From: Polyangiales bacterium
Lineage (GTDB): Bacteria > Myxococcota_A > Polyangia > Polyangiales > Ga0077539
DNA: 64,000 nt
Assembly: GCA_044229975.1 (NCBI GenBank)
Contig: JBGARZ010000002.1
Coordinates: 384,001-448,000, forward strand
Direction of reading: 5' to 3'
The number at the start of each line of letters is the position of its first letter. The first letter of the stretch is position 1. Shown here one piece after another: positions 41,501-52,221 of this stretch. The translations under genes and the position numbers were made by a program. Below the pieces are notes generated by a model. It was not told the DNA's origin and did no database searches. It worked only from the letters and a program-made list of their open reading frames with translations.

Positions 41501-42036
41501 ACGCCGTGCTCACCCAGCACGGCCAGGTCGAGCACCGCGCGGCGCTCACCCTCCTCATCGTCGACACGCTCGTGAGCCTGCGCGCCTGCGTCAACCTGCT
41601 GCGCGCCGTGGCCGAGCCCGCGCGCGAGATTCCCTTCGTGCTCGACCTCCGCGGAACCACCCTCCACGGCATCGTCGACCTCGTGGTGCGCGCCTCCGAC
41701 GGCCTCCACGTCATCGACCTCAAGACCCACCCCCTCCGCAGCCAGGACCTCGCGCGCTGGGCCGGCTACTACCGCCCGCAGCTCGACGCCTACGCCCTCG
41801 CGCTGCACCGCCTCAGCGGGATGCCCGTGCGCGGTCGACACCTCGCCGTCCCCGCCGCGGGCATGCTGCTCACGCTCACCGATCCGTTCTCGCCCGACGA
41901 GACCTACGTCGAGCTCGCCAACCTCGCCGACCGCATCGCGCGCGGCGACCGCGGCCCCGCCCGCGACTGCAATCGCTGCGGCTGGAAGGCCCACTGCGCC
42001 ACCGGGCACCGACACCTCCGCACCGCCGGCGGCTGA
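38575..42036 (+). CDS. AddA-like UvrD helicase with PD-(D/E)XK nuclease
   Basis: AGAGSGKT, TFTEAAA, TIHRF, VDEFQD, GDLKQAIYGFRGA, TLHGAKGLEF and LYVGVTRA. Nuclease motifs GIVDL...IDLKT...QLDAY. Confidence 0.92.
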   Translation: MSTLRLVSAGAGSGKTWRIVEELVDRVAGGVSLDRIAAVTFTEAAASELQERLRAGLQRRGLTAEAAGVERANVCTIHRFALTLLRRYPLPAALPPDPMVLEQDEARALFRRSLQSVLRGAELAIDDDLAQLVEALVEKARSLGMGADELARQAPAAVACVTDVLPPSADADATDADFRRALDAAFAWLDAGAKPRSTDEGIRRELRSLRRDGPTFALDAAQRVLRAPAPSKTFAKELPALLPAAHAMALRHPAARDRIASIVEEAFQLAVDALREYAESRHRLGALDFEEMQLRAVQLLTGDGRDDRYARAVAAELPYVVVDEFQDSSPLQFRLFEVLRAAGTEVCYVGDLKQAIYGFRGADSSLFSALLSRASAVGPAPEVLDRSRRSRPELVRFANALFSVALPAVGVPFDALTADNDYTRLGLAESADAVEILRVPASTRSGPRIELGARRIRALLDSDLTVLDRVTRAPRRVRPGDVAVLGRQRSQLGQWADALRTLGLAVHQESDGLFETLEVRLTRAWLSMLASPRDRSAAAMVLLSELYGLRQSTVAALSVEKVSGSPRRALELAASAPARLTLVPFEERALQRCDADLRACRDALRSLPLGEAVEAAVERVALVDRLSLRCDPAEAAQLRANVGWIIAEAHTLSGRRDHALSLGEATGATLENLLHHLQARSFERLRQPVAPHDDVDAVRLMTLHGAKGLEFPVVLVDLLHAELRVRSPRVDVVRPADLLAPDALRHFTLRCIPDTGLPPVDALLRERLGDLDEELREALRLLYVGVTRARDHLLITWPSAAPSSTRFLLRDALARSLPELPAASPDGGAASWLDVPVRVFAADDRPAPVAAPAVASVDLTPWRALVDDPSPGDAPPPPRTTVPKLARVTPTDLCKVADCPEVMGLGRVFHNEHLMARNEDVDVLRIGVPNAYASRLAVGRDDVAPSRVGELVHAAVSRAGLLAPSAYDVTDEQLADAVLTQHGQVEHRAALTLLIVDTLVSLRACVNLLRAVAEPAREIPFVLDLRGTTLHGIVDLVVRASDGLHVIDLKTHPLRSQDLARWAGYYRPQLDAYALALHRLSGMPVRGRHLAVPAAGMLLTLTDPFSPDETYVELANLADRIARGDRGPARDCNRCGWKAHCATGHRHLRTAGG

Positions 42037-42042
42037 CCGCGC

Positions 42043-42080
42043 TGTCGGCTCGTCGCGACAGATGTTCGCCCACCCCGACA
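42043..42080 (+). promoter_or_regulatory. Tandem GlrR-type enhancer boxes upstream of the SulP gene
   Basis: TGTC-N10-GACA at 42043-42060 and TGTT-N10-GACA at 42063-42080, 20 bp apart. Confidence 0.6.
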
Positions 42081-42130
42081 CGACCGATCGACTGACGATC
42101 GTTCGGACAGGTCCGTTCGATCGGTTGGGC

Positions 42131-42147
42131 TGAGCATCGGGTTTGCA
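42131..42147 (+). promoter_or_regulatory. Imperfect sigma54 -24/-12 promoter candidate
   Basis: TGAGCATCGGGTTTGCA versus consensus TGGCACGN4TTGC. The -12 element is good, but -24 has AG instead of GG. Confidence 0.3.
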
Positions 42148-42193
42148 GTGGGGCCCTGGGCTCTCCCACCAACCGAAGGATCCCATCCCTCCG

Positions 42194-43795
42194 ATGTCGA
42201 CCCCGACCCTGTCCGCCGCCGCCGCTCCCGACGACGACTCACGCCCCGCCGACTCGGGGTCGCGCCCGCTCTCCCCGTTCAACTCGCTCGCCTACGACGC
42301 CCCGGCTGGTCTCGTGGTGTTTCTCGTGGCCCTGCCGCTGTGCCTCGGGGTCGCGCTCGCCTCGGGCGCGCCGCTGCTCTCCGGCCTCGTCGCCGGCTGC
42401 ATCGGCGGCATCCTCATCCCCTTCGTCTCGCGCGCGCCGCTCAGCGTCAGCGGCCCTGCGGCGGGCCTCGCCGCCATCGTCCTCGTCGGCATCCACAAGG
42501 TCGGCAGCTTCCCCGCCTTCTGCGCCGTGGTCTGCGTCGCCGGGCTCGTCCAGCTCGCGATGGGCCTCGCGCGCGCCGGGCAGATCGTCTCGTTCATCCC
42601 CCTCTCGGTCATCCGGGGAATGCTCTCTGCCATCGGGCTCCTGCTCATCCTCAAGCAGACCCCACACGCCATCGGCTACGACGCCGAAAACTTCGCCTCG
42701 GTGTCCTTCCAGGTCGACGGCGAGGGCAACACCTTCACCGTCCTGCGGCACGCCCTCTCGCGCCTGGAGTGGGGCGCGATGCTCGTGAGCGCGGCGTCCT
42801 TCGTCATCCTGCTGGGCCTGCCCCGCACGAAGCTCGCGAAGGTCACCTGGCTGCCGGGCGCCCTGCTCGTGGTCGTCGCCTCGACGCTCATCAACCTCGC
42901 CCTCCAGCGCTGGGCCCCTCACTTCGCGCTCGAACCACGGCACCTCGTCGCGGTCCCCATGGGCGGCCCGACCGAGCTCGCCCGCGAGCTCCACACCCCC
43001 GACTTCTCCGTCCTCCGCCGACCCGACGCGTGGGTGCTCGTCGTCACCATCGCCGTCGTCGCCAGCCTGGAGTCGCTGCTCTCGGTGCAGGCCATCGACA
43101 AGCTCGATCCCTTCAAGCGCAAGTCGCCGCCCAACCGCGAGCTCATCGCGCAGGGCCTCGCCAACGCCGTCTCCGGCCTCGTCGGCGGCCTGCCCGTCAC
43201 GGCCGTCATCGTGCGATCCAGCGCCAACCTCAACGCGGGCGGACGCACCCAGGCCGCGTCCTTCTTCCACGGCGTGCTGCTGCTCCTCGCGCTGCTCTTC
43301 CTCGGGCCGCTGCTCAACCGCATCCCCCTCGCGGCGCTCGCCACGATCCTCATCGTGACGGGCTACAAGCTGGCGACGCCCGCGCTCTTCAAGAGCATGT
43401 TTCGCCGCGGCTGGTCGCAGTTTCTGCCCTTCGTGCTGACCATCGCGGCCATCCTCCTCACCGACCTCCTCAAGGGCGTCATCGTCGGCATCGTCGTCGG
43501 CGTGATCTTCGCGCTACGCACCAGCGTGAAGGGCGCCCTGTCGGTGATCGACGTCGGCCGCACCCGCACGATCCGCTTCGAGAAGGACATCTACTTCTTC
43601 CACCGCCCCGCCCTCATGGCGGCGCTCGACGCCATCCCCGAGGGGTACACGCTCGTCGTCGACCGTGGCGCCGCCGACTTCGTCGAGGACGACGCTCTGG
43701 AGATCCTCCACGACCTCCAGTCCACGGCCGGCTCCAAGAACATCCGCGTCGAGATTCGCGGCCTCGAGCCGAAGGCCGGCGTCGGCGCGCACTGA
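42194..43795 (+). CDS. SulP/SLC26 family anion (bicarbonate/sulfate) transporter
   Basis: AGLVVFLVALPLCLGVALASG, VSGPAAGL, NRELIAQGLAN..SGL.GGLPVTAVIVRSSAN and a short STAS-like tail. Confidence 0.93.
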   Translation: MSTPTLSAAAAPDDDSRPADSGSRPLSPFNSLAYDAPAGLVVFLVALPLCLGVALASGAPLLSGLVAGCIGGILIPFVSRAPLSVSGPAAGLAAIVLVGIHKVGSFPAFCAVVCVAGLVQLAMGLARAGQIVSFIPLSVIRGMLSAIGLLLILKQTPHAIGYDAENFASVSFQVDGEGNTFTVLRHALSRLEWGAMLVSAASFVILLGLPRTKLAKVTWLPGALLVVVASTLINLALQRWAPHFALEPRHLVAVPMGGPTELARELHTPDFSVLRRPDAWVLVVTIAVVASLESLLSVQAIDKLDPFKRKSPPNRELIAQGLANAVSGLVGGLPVTAVIVRSSANLNAGGRTQAASFFHGVLLLLALLFLGPLLNRIPLAALATILIVTGYKLATPALFKSMFRRGWSQFLPFVLTIAAILLTDLLKGVIVGIVVGVIFALRTSVKGALSVIDVGRTRTIRFEKDIYFFHRPALMAALDAIPEGYTLVVDRGAADFVEDDALEILHDLQSTAGSKNIRVEIRGLEPKAGVGAH

Positions 43796-43819
43796 CCGCG
43801 AACCCCGCGGCCCCTCCGA

Positions 43820-45285
<1,466 letters not shown>

Positions 45286-45289
<4 letters not shown>

Positions 45290-46740
45290 GCGCTCCTCTC
45301 CGGGTCGACCGGGAGCTCGATGCGAAACCTGGTGCCGCTCGCGTCGGACGACGCGACGGTGAGGTCACCCCCATGCAGCCGGGCCACCTCGCGTGCAAAC
45401 GCAAGCCCCAGCCCGATGCCCGCGGGGCGATCGATGGTGGCCACGGCGCTCGCGGAAAAAGGTCGAAACAGGTTGGCCCGCACTTCGTCGGCGATGCCCG
45501 GTCCGTGGTCGCTCACCTCGATCACCACCTTCCGCCGCGGGCCCTCCACGAGCGTTCGCTCGACCCGCACCGTAGCCCCCGCGCTCGACACCGAGACGGC
45601 GTTGCGGAGCAGGTTGGCGACCGCCCGCTCCACCAGCGCCGAGTCCATGTCCAGGGTCGGCGCCGTCCCCTCGCAGACCACCTCCACCACGACGCCGCGC
45701 TCGTCGGCCTCGGTGCGCTCGTCCTGCGCCGCGGCCGCCACCGCGCGGTCGACGTTGCCGCCGCCCTCGCGCATCACCGGGAGGCCCGAGCGCAGCCGCG
45801 ACATGTCCAGCAGCGCCTCGACGATGCGAACCTCCCGCTCGCACGCCCGCATCCCCAGGCTGACCACCCGCTCCTGCTGCGCGGTGAGGGGCCCCGCGGT
45901 GCCGTCGGCGAGCAGCCCGAGCGCCTCGCGCAGCCGCGTCAGCGGCGAGCGCAGCTCGTGCGACACGTTCGCCAGGAACGCGTGCTTCATCCGCTCCAGC
46001 TCCATGAGCCGCTCGCGCATGCGGTCGAGGTCGCTCCAGAGCGCCCGCACCTCCGCGGGGCCGTGGGCGTCGGGAATCGGCGCGAAGTCCCCCTCCCCGA
46101 CGCGCGTCGCGGCCCTCGCGAGCGACGCGATGGGCTCGGCCACGCTGCGCGCCGTCGAGCGCGCGATGACGATGGCCGCCAGCGCCGCGAGGAGCGCGAA
46201 CCCGAGGCCCGTCAGCGCCGTACGTACCCCGATGCGACGGGCCTCCTCCTCGCGCGCCCGGATGTCGCCGTGGAGCTGGTGCATCCGGGCGATCCAGGCG
46301 TCGGTCATGTCCTCGTCGAGGGCCGCGCGGAGGGCGTCGGTGCGCGGCGAGCGGAGGTTGGCGCAGACGTCCCCGGTGGTCACGCCGTCGGCGAGCGAGA
46401 CGTACCGACGCGCCGCCGCGAAGAGGGGCCGCGAGTCCTCCACGCGTCGGCTCCCGAGGACGCGGTGCAGCGCCTCCCGCGCGCGCTCGACGGAGGCCCG
46501 CACGTCGTGGTCGGGCGCGCCCGCCCCGCACGCCACGCGCCCGTGACGCACGCCCACCTCGATGGACCACGCGGCGCGGTGGAGTTCTTCCTCCGCGGCC
46601 ACCGTGGAGAGATGGTCATCGCGGATGTCGGTGATGAGCCCGAGCATCCGCACGAGGCCCTGCAGCGTGACCACGAGCAGGATGAGCAGGAAGGCCACGA
46701 AGGCGCCGTGGGTGATGCCAAGCTGGGTCGAGAGGCGCAT
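45286..46740 (-). CDS. Sensor histidine kinase with HAMP domain, GlrK(QseE)-like
   Basis: Two TM helices, HAMP, H-box SHELRSPL, N-box NLLRNA, DHGPGI and GIGLGLA. Stop overlaps the regulator start. Confidence 0.92.
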
Positions 46741-46887
46741 TGGGGGGCGGACCATCGAGCTGAACCGCTCGCGACTCTAGACCACGGCCGGTCCGGGAGT
46801 CGGGGTTTCGCCAGGAGGCGCGAGTTCGACAAGGTCCGACGAGCGCCTCGTGGCAACGTCACACCACCGCGCCGGGCTCACGGACGC

Positions 46888-46938
46888 TGTCGGTGACCGC
46901 CGACAGCCGATGGCGCGCTCCGTCGGAGCGTCACGACA
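46888..46938 (+). promoter_or_regulatory. Pair of GlrR-type enhancer boxes upstream of carbonic anhydrase
   Basis: TGTC-N10-GACA at 46888-46905, within the palindrome GCTGTCGG...CCGACAGC, and CGTC-N10-GACA at 46921-46938. Confidence 0.6.
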
Positions 46939-47002
46939 CCCGCCGCTCCGAGAGAGTGCACCGATCCCTTGATCGCCCGCGGAGAGCGCATCGCCACGTC
47001 GA

Positions 47003-47018
47003 CGGCACGGACCGTGGT
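47003..47018 (+). promoter_or_regulatory. Sigma54 -24/-12 promoter candidate
   Basis: CGGCACGGACCGTGGT: canonical GGCACG at -24, with GG rather than GC at -12. Confidence 0.35.
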
Positions 47019-47031
47019 CTGTGGTCGTCCC

Positions 47032-47694
47032 ATGCGACGACTCCTCGACGGTCTCCAGCGGTACGAGCACTCGAAGAAGTCGGGATACGCCAGCCGCTTC
47101 GCGAAGCTCGCCCTCACTCAGTCTCCGCCGGTGATGCTTCTCACCTGCTCCGACAGCCGCCTGGTGCCCAACCTGTTCACGTCTTCCGGGCCGGGCGAGA
47201 TCTTCTTCGTTCGCAACATCGGCAACATCGTCCCCGCCTACGACGTCGACGGCGACGCGAGCGTGCCGGCGGCGATCCTGTACGGCGTCGACGTCCTCGG
47301 CGTGAGCGACATCGTCGTCTGCGGACACTCCGACTGCGGCGGCATGAAGGCCCTGCTCGCGCCCCCTCCCAGGGACCCTCACCTCCGCCGCTGGCTCTCC
47401 TACGGCACGGCCGCCGTCACCTCCTTCCACGAGCGCGGCGCCGGCGAGCCCTCGCGCGCCCTGCACGACCAGCTCTCGCAGTGGTCCGTGCTCCGGCAGG
47501 TCGAAAACCTCTCGCGCTACCCCTGCGTCCGCGAGCGGCTCGCGCAGGGCACCATCAACCTCCACGCGTGGTGGTTCGACATCGCCTCGGGCTCGGCGCT
47601 CGCCTACTCGGAAGCTGACGCCGCGTACATCCCCGCCGTCGATGACCTCTCGTCCCGCCTCGGGGACGACGAGTCTGCCCTCCACGTCGCCTGA
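47032..47694 (+). CDS. Beta-class carbonic anhydrase
   Basis: Zn ligand motifs CSDSR and GHSDCGG, plus GEIFFVRNIGN. Confidence 0.95.
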   Translation: MRRLLDGLQRYEHSKKSGYASRFAKLALTQSPPVMLLTCSDSRLVPNLFTSSGPGEIFFVRNIGNIVPAYDVDGDASVPAAILYGVDVLGVSDIVVCGHSDCGGMKALLAPPPRDPHLRRWLSYGTAAVTSFHERGAGEPSRALHDQLSQWSVLRQVENLSRYPCVRERLAQGTINLHAWWFDIASGSALAYSEADAAYIPAVDDLSSRLGDDESALHVA

Positions 47695-47754
47695 CCCGCC
47701 GCCATCTTGGGGTGTCGATCGCCGCGCCGCGGCGGTAGAGTCCACCCCCACACG

Positions 47755-48660
47755 ATGATTCGCATCTCCGTCCCGTGCTCGACGAGCAACCTGGGTCCGG
47801 GCTTTGACAGCCTCGGCCTCGCGCTCTCCCTCTCCCTCGACGTCGAGCTCCGCGCCGCCGACACCCTCTCGGTGACCCGCGAAGGCGATGAGCTCTTCCG
47901 CGCCGTCTCCGACGCCGACGACCTCTTCCTCCACGCCCTCCGCCGCCGCCGCGAGTCCCGCGCGCTGCCCGCTACGCCCTTCCGCGCGCTGCTCCGGAGC
48001 GCCATCCCGACGGGCCGCGGGCTCGGCTCGAGCGCGGCCGCCGTCGTCGCCGGCATCATGGCCGCCGACGCCCTCGCGGGCCGCGGACACGACCCGGTCG
48101 ACGTGCTCACGGCCGCGACGGAGATCGAGGGGCACCCCGACAACGCCGCGCCGGCCATCCTCGGCGGTCTCTGCTGCGCCGTGGTCGACCGGCAGGTCCA
48201 CGCCGCCTGCGTCGCGGGCCTCGCCGACGTGCGCGCGGTGGTCGCCTCCCCCGAAGGCGTCTTCGAGACCAAGCGCTCGCGCGGCGCCCTGCCGACGACG
48301 CTCGACCACCACGACGCGACGGCCAGCCTCGGGCGCGCCGTGTTTCTCTCCCACGCGCTGCGCGACGGCCGCACCGACGGCCTCGCCTGGGCCTTCCGCG
48401 ACGCGTTTCACCAGCCCTACCGCGCGCCGCTGCTGCCCGGGCTCGCCGAGGCCATCACGGCCGCCCACGAGGCCGGGGCCATCGGGGCATTCCTGTCGGG
48501 CGCGGGGTCGTCGTGCATCGCGCTGGTGCGCGACGAGCGCGCGGTCGTCGACCGTGTGTCGGCCGCCATCAAGGGCGCCTACGAGCGCGCCCGCACCCCC
48601 GTGACGCTGCGCTCGCTCACCGTCGACGCGCGCGGCGCCATGGTCACTCGCCACGGTTGA
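47755..48660 (+). CDS. thrB: Homoserine kinase
   Basis: VPCSTSNLGPGFDSLGLAL, IPTGRGLGSSAAA, EGHPDN, HQPYR and LSGAG. Confidence 0.95.
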   Translation: MIRISVPCSTSNLGPGFDSLGLALSLSLDVELRAADTLSVTREGDELFRAVSDADDLFLHALRRRRESRALPATPFRALLRSAIPTGRGLGSSAAAVVAGIMAADALAGRGHDPVDVLTAATEIEGHPDNAAPAILGGLCCAVVDRQVHAACVAGLADVRAVVASPEGVFETKRSRGALPTTLDHHDATASLGRAVFLSHALRDGRTDGLAWAFRDAFHQPYRAPLLPGLAEAITAAHEAGAIGAFLSGAGSSCIALVRDERAVVDRVSAAIKGAYERARTPVTLRSLTVDARGAMVTRHG

Positions 48661-48726
48661 GCGGGCGGTGATTCGGCCCTCGCAGCGGTAGGCCCTTCGG
48701 CTATCCTCCGCCGCGAGCGAAGGGCG

Positions 48727-51700
48727 ATGGAGCAAGACACCCACTGCGAACACTGCGGCTTCGACCTGAGCCGCCTGGAGATGACGGTGCTCTTCGCGCG
48801 CAAGGGCGCCGAGCCCCGCAAGCTGCACTGCCCCATCTGCCGCAGCGATCGGGTGAAGATCCGCGCGCTGGAGCGGGTGTTCCCGCGGGCCGACTCGGGG
48901 CGCTGGGTGCGCTGGCGCGAGGGCGGCGTCGCGGGCCCGGCCAACGTCATCGCCGTCGGTCGGCTCAAGCTCCGCGTCGAGAGCGAGATCGAATCGCTCG
49001 CCAAGGAGCAGATCTGCTTCCGCGCGGTTCCGGTCTTCATGTCGGGGGGCGAGCGGCACATCCCGGTGCTGCCGGTGATGCCCGAGTACCTCGACTGCCT
49101 CGACCCGGCGCAGGTGCGCCTCGCCCGCGAGAAGCCCTCGCTCTTCGGCAGGGTCATCCAGGAGAAGGGCAAGTCCCGCTACCAGTGCGTGCTGCCGCTG
49201 CGTGGGCTCAAGCAGACCGAGTGGCCGACGTACGAGTGCGACCTGCTTCCGGCCAACCCCTTCTCGCCCAACGCCGGTGACGTCGACGCGGTGGCCTTCC
49301 GCGGCGTGACGCTGCGCGTGTGGCCCAACCTGCGGCGCCCCACCAACGCGTGGCGCTACTACGTCGCGGGCATCCACGCGGCGACCGAGGAGGGAATGGC
49401 GCTCTTCTCCCAGGGGCGAATGCTCCGCACGCGGATGCTCGTCCCGCCGAGCGACGCCGACGGTCGACCCACCAGCGAGACGAAGCTCGAAGTGGTCGCG
49501 CTCGATCAGGAGGTCGGCCGCGAAGGCGAGAGCGGTCCGACGGGCTACGTGGGCGCCACCCGCAAGGGGCGGCCCGCGTGGGTGAGCGTGGAGTTCATGC
49601 AGGCCACGCAGGGCGGCGGGGCCGAGCCCGTGGGCGGAGGTCTCTTCCCGCTCGCGCCACCGAGTGACGGGCTACCGAGCGACACGTGGTCCTTCGGCGT
49701 GGACTTCGGAACGTCCAACACCGTCGTCGCGGTGAAGCGCCGCGACGGCAACCTCCAGTGCGTCTCCCCGGAGCGCGGCCGCGACCGTGCGACGACCACG
49801 CTCAACCTCCTCGACGGCGGCCCTCCGACCATCCAGCGCGGCATCGATCTGTGGCCGGGCGGCGAGTGGTCCGGGCCCTATCACGACCTCCTCCCGAGCG
49901 AGCTCGGCTGCGTCCGCAAGTGGACCGACGTGGCCTCCGAGACGGCCATCAACGCGCTGTCCTTCGGCAAGGACTTCGGCGTCCCGTTGCGAGGCGCGTC
50001 GAGCGCGGTGTCGTCCGAGCACACCGTGAGCGAGTTCAAGTGGCTGCGCGCGGTGGAGAAGGACAAGAGCGCCCTCGCCCGCCGCGAGATCGTGCAGGCC
50101 CTCCAGTCGCGCTTCCTCGAAGCCGCGATGCTGATGACGGCGGCATCACTGCTGTCGGAGGAGGAAGCCTCGCCGCGTACGGTCAACGTCAACTACAGCT
50201 TCCCGCTGGCCTTCGACGAAGGCGACCTGGAGACGCTGCGCCTCGCCGCCGACGCCGCGGGCGAACGCCTCAAGCAGCTCACCGGCGCCGACTTCGTCTT
50301 CCCCGCGACGCCGCTCGTCGACGAGGCGCAGGCCGCGGCGGGGCACGCGTCATCCGACAAGATGTTCCGCGTGTACCTCGACCTCGGCGGCGGCTCGCTG
50401 GAGGTGCTCGTCGACGACACCCTGGCGCGCCACAACCACCAGGGCCACGCGGGGCTGCACCCCCACGTCTTCAGCTCATCGATCTTCTTCGGCGGCAGCG
50501 TGTACCTCCGCTCGCTCGTCGGCGCGGGCGAAGGCGATCGTCGCGGCGCGTGCGTGATGCCCGGCGTGGGCTCGTACACGCGCCTCGCGAGCGCGGTGCG
50601 TCAGAGCGTGTCGGCCAAGGCGCTCCTGGAGTCGCCCCACGTCATCGTCGAGGCGCGCAAGGCCACCGCCGAGCGACGCGCGCGGGTCTTCATCGGCTAC
50701 GTGGTGGAGTACGTCGCGCGCACGCTCGCGGGCGTCTGCCTTGAGCACGGCCGCACCGCCACTGGGGCGCTCGACCTGTCGCGCAACCGCCTCTTCTCGC
50801 TGACGGGGACGGGCTCGCAGCGGCGCTGGATTCTCGGCATCAACAAGGGCCCGCAGCAGCGGCGCGTGGTGGAGTTCTGCCTGGTGCTGCTGGGCAACGG
50901 CTGGGGCTTCGGCGACATCGTCCGCGACGGCATGAAGACCGTCGAGCAGATGATGGCCCATCGGGTCTATGAGCGGCTCCTGGAGCTGCTGCGCGAGACC
51001 GACATCGCGAGGGAGATCGGCGACGGGGAGTTCAACCTCCTGAGCGCCAACCTCGCGTTCGACATCTCCTTCGTGTTGCCCACCGAGGGGTCGCACCGCA
51101 AGGCCGCCGTCGCGCTCGGCCTGCTCGGCGCCCACCACAGCACAGAAGACGCCGCCCGCTTCTTCAAGAACCGCGCGCCCGAGCGCCACGGCGTCCTCGG
51201 CCTCGACCTCTGGCTCAACGACCAGAACCGTCGCATCCCCTGGTACCGACCGTTCGGCCCGCCCGCGCAGGACGACCCGAGCCAGTTCGAGTCCTTCGTG
51301 CCGGTCGTCGAAGCACCCGTTGCCGCGGTCGCACCCGTTGCCGCGGTTGCGCCGGTGGCTCCGATCATGCCCGCGATGCCGCCGATGGTTCCGCCGATGC
51401 CCGTCGTGATGCCCGCGCCCGTCGCGATGCCCGCGCCCATGGGCGCGGCGTATCCGGGCTTCGCGATGCCGCTGGAGATGGTCGCCTTCGCGCTGGTGCA
51501 GCAGTGGCCGATGCTTGCGGCGCAGGCGGCCGCGTCGGGCATCAACCCGGTGGAGTTCGCGCAGCGCCAGCTCTGGCAGCAGGTGGTGACGCAGGCCACG
51601 CAGGGAGCGCAGTCACCCGAGCGGCTGCTCGCGTCGCAGCAGTGGCAGAAGCTGATGCAGACGATGGTGATGCCGGGCATGACGCCCGAGCAGCTCGCGT

Positions 51701-51903
51701 GGGTGCAAAACCAGCAGATGACCTTCGTGTCGGCGCAGGCCGCGCAGCGCGGTCAGAGCCCCGAAGGCTTCCTCGCGGCGCAGCGCTGGGAGCAGCTCAT
51801 CGCGATGCTGACCCCGCCGCCCGACCCCACGTCCGGGGCTCTCCCGCCGATGCCCGGAATGCCTCCCATGCCCGGTATGCCCCCCTTCGGAGGAACCCGA
51901 TGA
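48727..51903 (+). CDS. Large actin/Hsp70-fold ATPase with N-terminal zinc ribbon and Pro/Met/Gln-rich tail
   Basis: CEHC...CPIC zinc ribbon. Phosphate-1 GVDFGTSNT (about 49699), YSFPLAF, DEAQAA connect motif, phosphate-2 LDLGGGSLE (about 50380) and adenosine-like LLGNGW. Confidence 0.8.
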   Translation: MEQDTHCEHCGFDLSRLEMTVLFARKGAEPRKLHCPICRSDRVKIRALERVFPRADSGRWVRWREGGVAGPANVIAVGRLKLRVESEIESLAKEQICFRAVPVFMSGGERHIPVLPVMPEYLDCLDPAQVRLAREKPSLFGRVIQEKGKSRYQCVLPLRGLKQTEWPTYECDLLPANPFSPNAGDVDAVAFRGVTLRVWPNLRRPTNAWRYYVAGIHAATEEGMALFSQGRMLRTRMLVPPSDADGRPTSETKLEVVALDQEVGREGESGPTGYVGATRKGRPAWVSVEFMQATQGGGAEPVGGGLFPLAPPSDGLPSDTWSFGVDFGTSNTVVAVKRRDGNLQCVSPERGRDRATTTLNLLDGGPPTIQRGIDLWPGGEWSGPYHDLLPSELGCVRKWTDVASETAINALSFGKDFGVPLRGASSAVSSEHTVSEFKWLRAVEKDKSALARREIVQALQSRFLEAAMLMTAASLLSEEEASPRTVNVNYSFPLAFDEGDLETLRLAADAAGERLKQLTGADFVFPATPLVDEAQAAAGHASSDKMFRVYLDLGGGSLEVLVDDTLARHNHQGHAGLHPHVFSSSIFFGGSVYLRSLVGAGEGDRRGACVMPGVGSYTRLASAVRQSVSAKALLESPHVIVEARKATAERRARVFIGYVVEYVARTLAGVCLEHGRTATGALDLSRNRLFSLTGTGSQRRWILGINKGPQQRRVVEFCLVLLGNGWGFGDIVRDGMKTVEQMMAHRVYERLLELLRETDIAREIGDGEFNLLSANLAFDISFVLPTEGSHRKAAVALGLLGAHHSTEDAARFFKNRAPERHGVLGLDLWLNDQNRRIPWYRPFGPPAQDDPSQFESFVPVVEAPVAAVAPVAAVAPVAPIMPAMPPMVPPMPVVMPAPVAMPAPMGAAYPGFAMPLEMVAFALVQQWPMLAAQAAASGINPVEFAQRQLWQQVVTQATQGAQSPERLLASQQWQKLMQTMVMPGMTPEQLAWVQNQQMTFVSAQAAQRGQSPEGFLAAQRWEQLIAMLTPPPDPTSGALPPMPGMPPMPGMPPFGGTR

Positions 51904-52211
51904 GCCAAGACCCCAGAGTCCCCCCCGTCATCGGCACGCGTGACCTCTACCAGTTCGCCGAGGAGCCCATCGCGCAGAAGGTCCAGCTCACCATCCTCGA
52001 AACCCCGAAGATGCCCTCCGACCTTCCTGGGCCGTCGAAGATCGATCCGGGTCTCGAAGCCACCAAGGTCGCCGTTGAGGCCCAGCTCGCGCGCAACGCC
52101 ATCGCGCCGCTGCCGCTCGTTCCGCCCGCCTCGACGCGCTGGCTCCGCTTCTCTCCGCTCGAGCTCTTCATGGAGCACGTTCTCGCCCGCCGCCTCTGGA
52201 CCATCGAATAG
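51900..52211 (+). CDS. Small hypothetical protein
   Basis: ATG overlaps the upstream TGA (MSQDPRVPP...). About 103 aa with coding-like codon usage. Confidence 0.65.
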   Translation: MSQDPRVPPVIGTRDLYQFAEEPIAQKVQLTILETPKMPSDLPGPSKIDPGLEATKVAVEAQLARNAIAPLPLVPPASTRWLRFSPLELFMEHVLARRLWTIE

Positions 52212-52221
52212 GCCCATCGCC

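Noticed and set aside
38575..42036. Cas4-like Cys/nuclease motif suggesting CRISPR adaptation
   Set aside because: The motif is the C-terminal domain of a UvrD helicase in an AddAB-like pair, with no cas1/cas2 or array.
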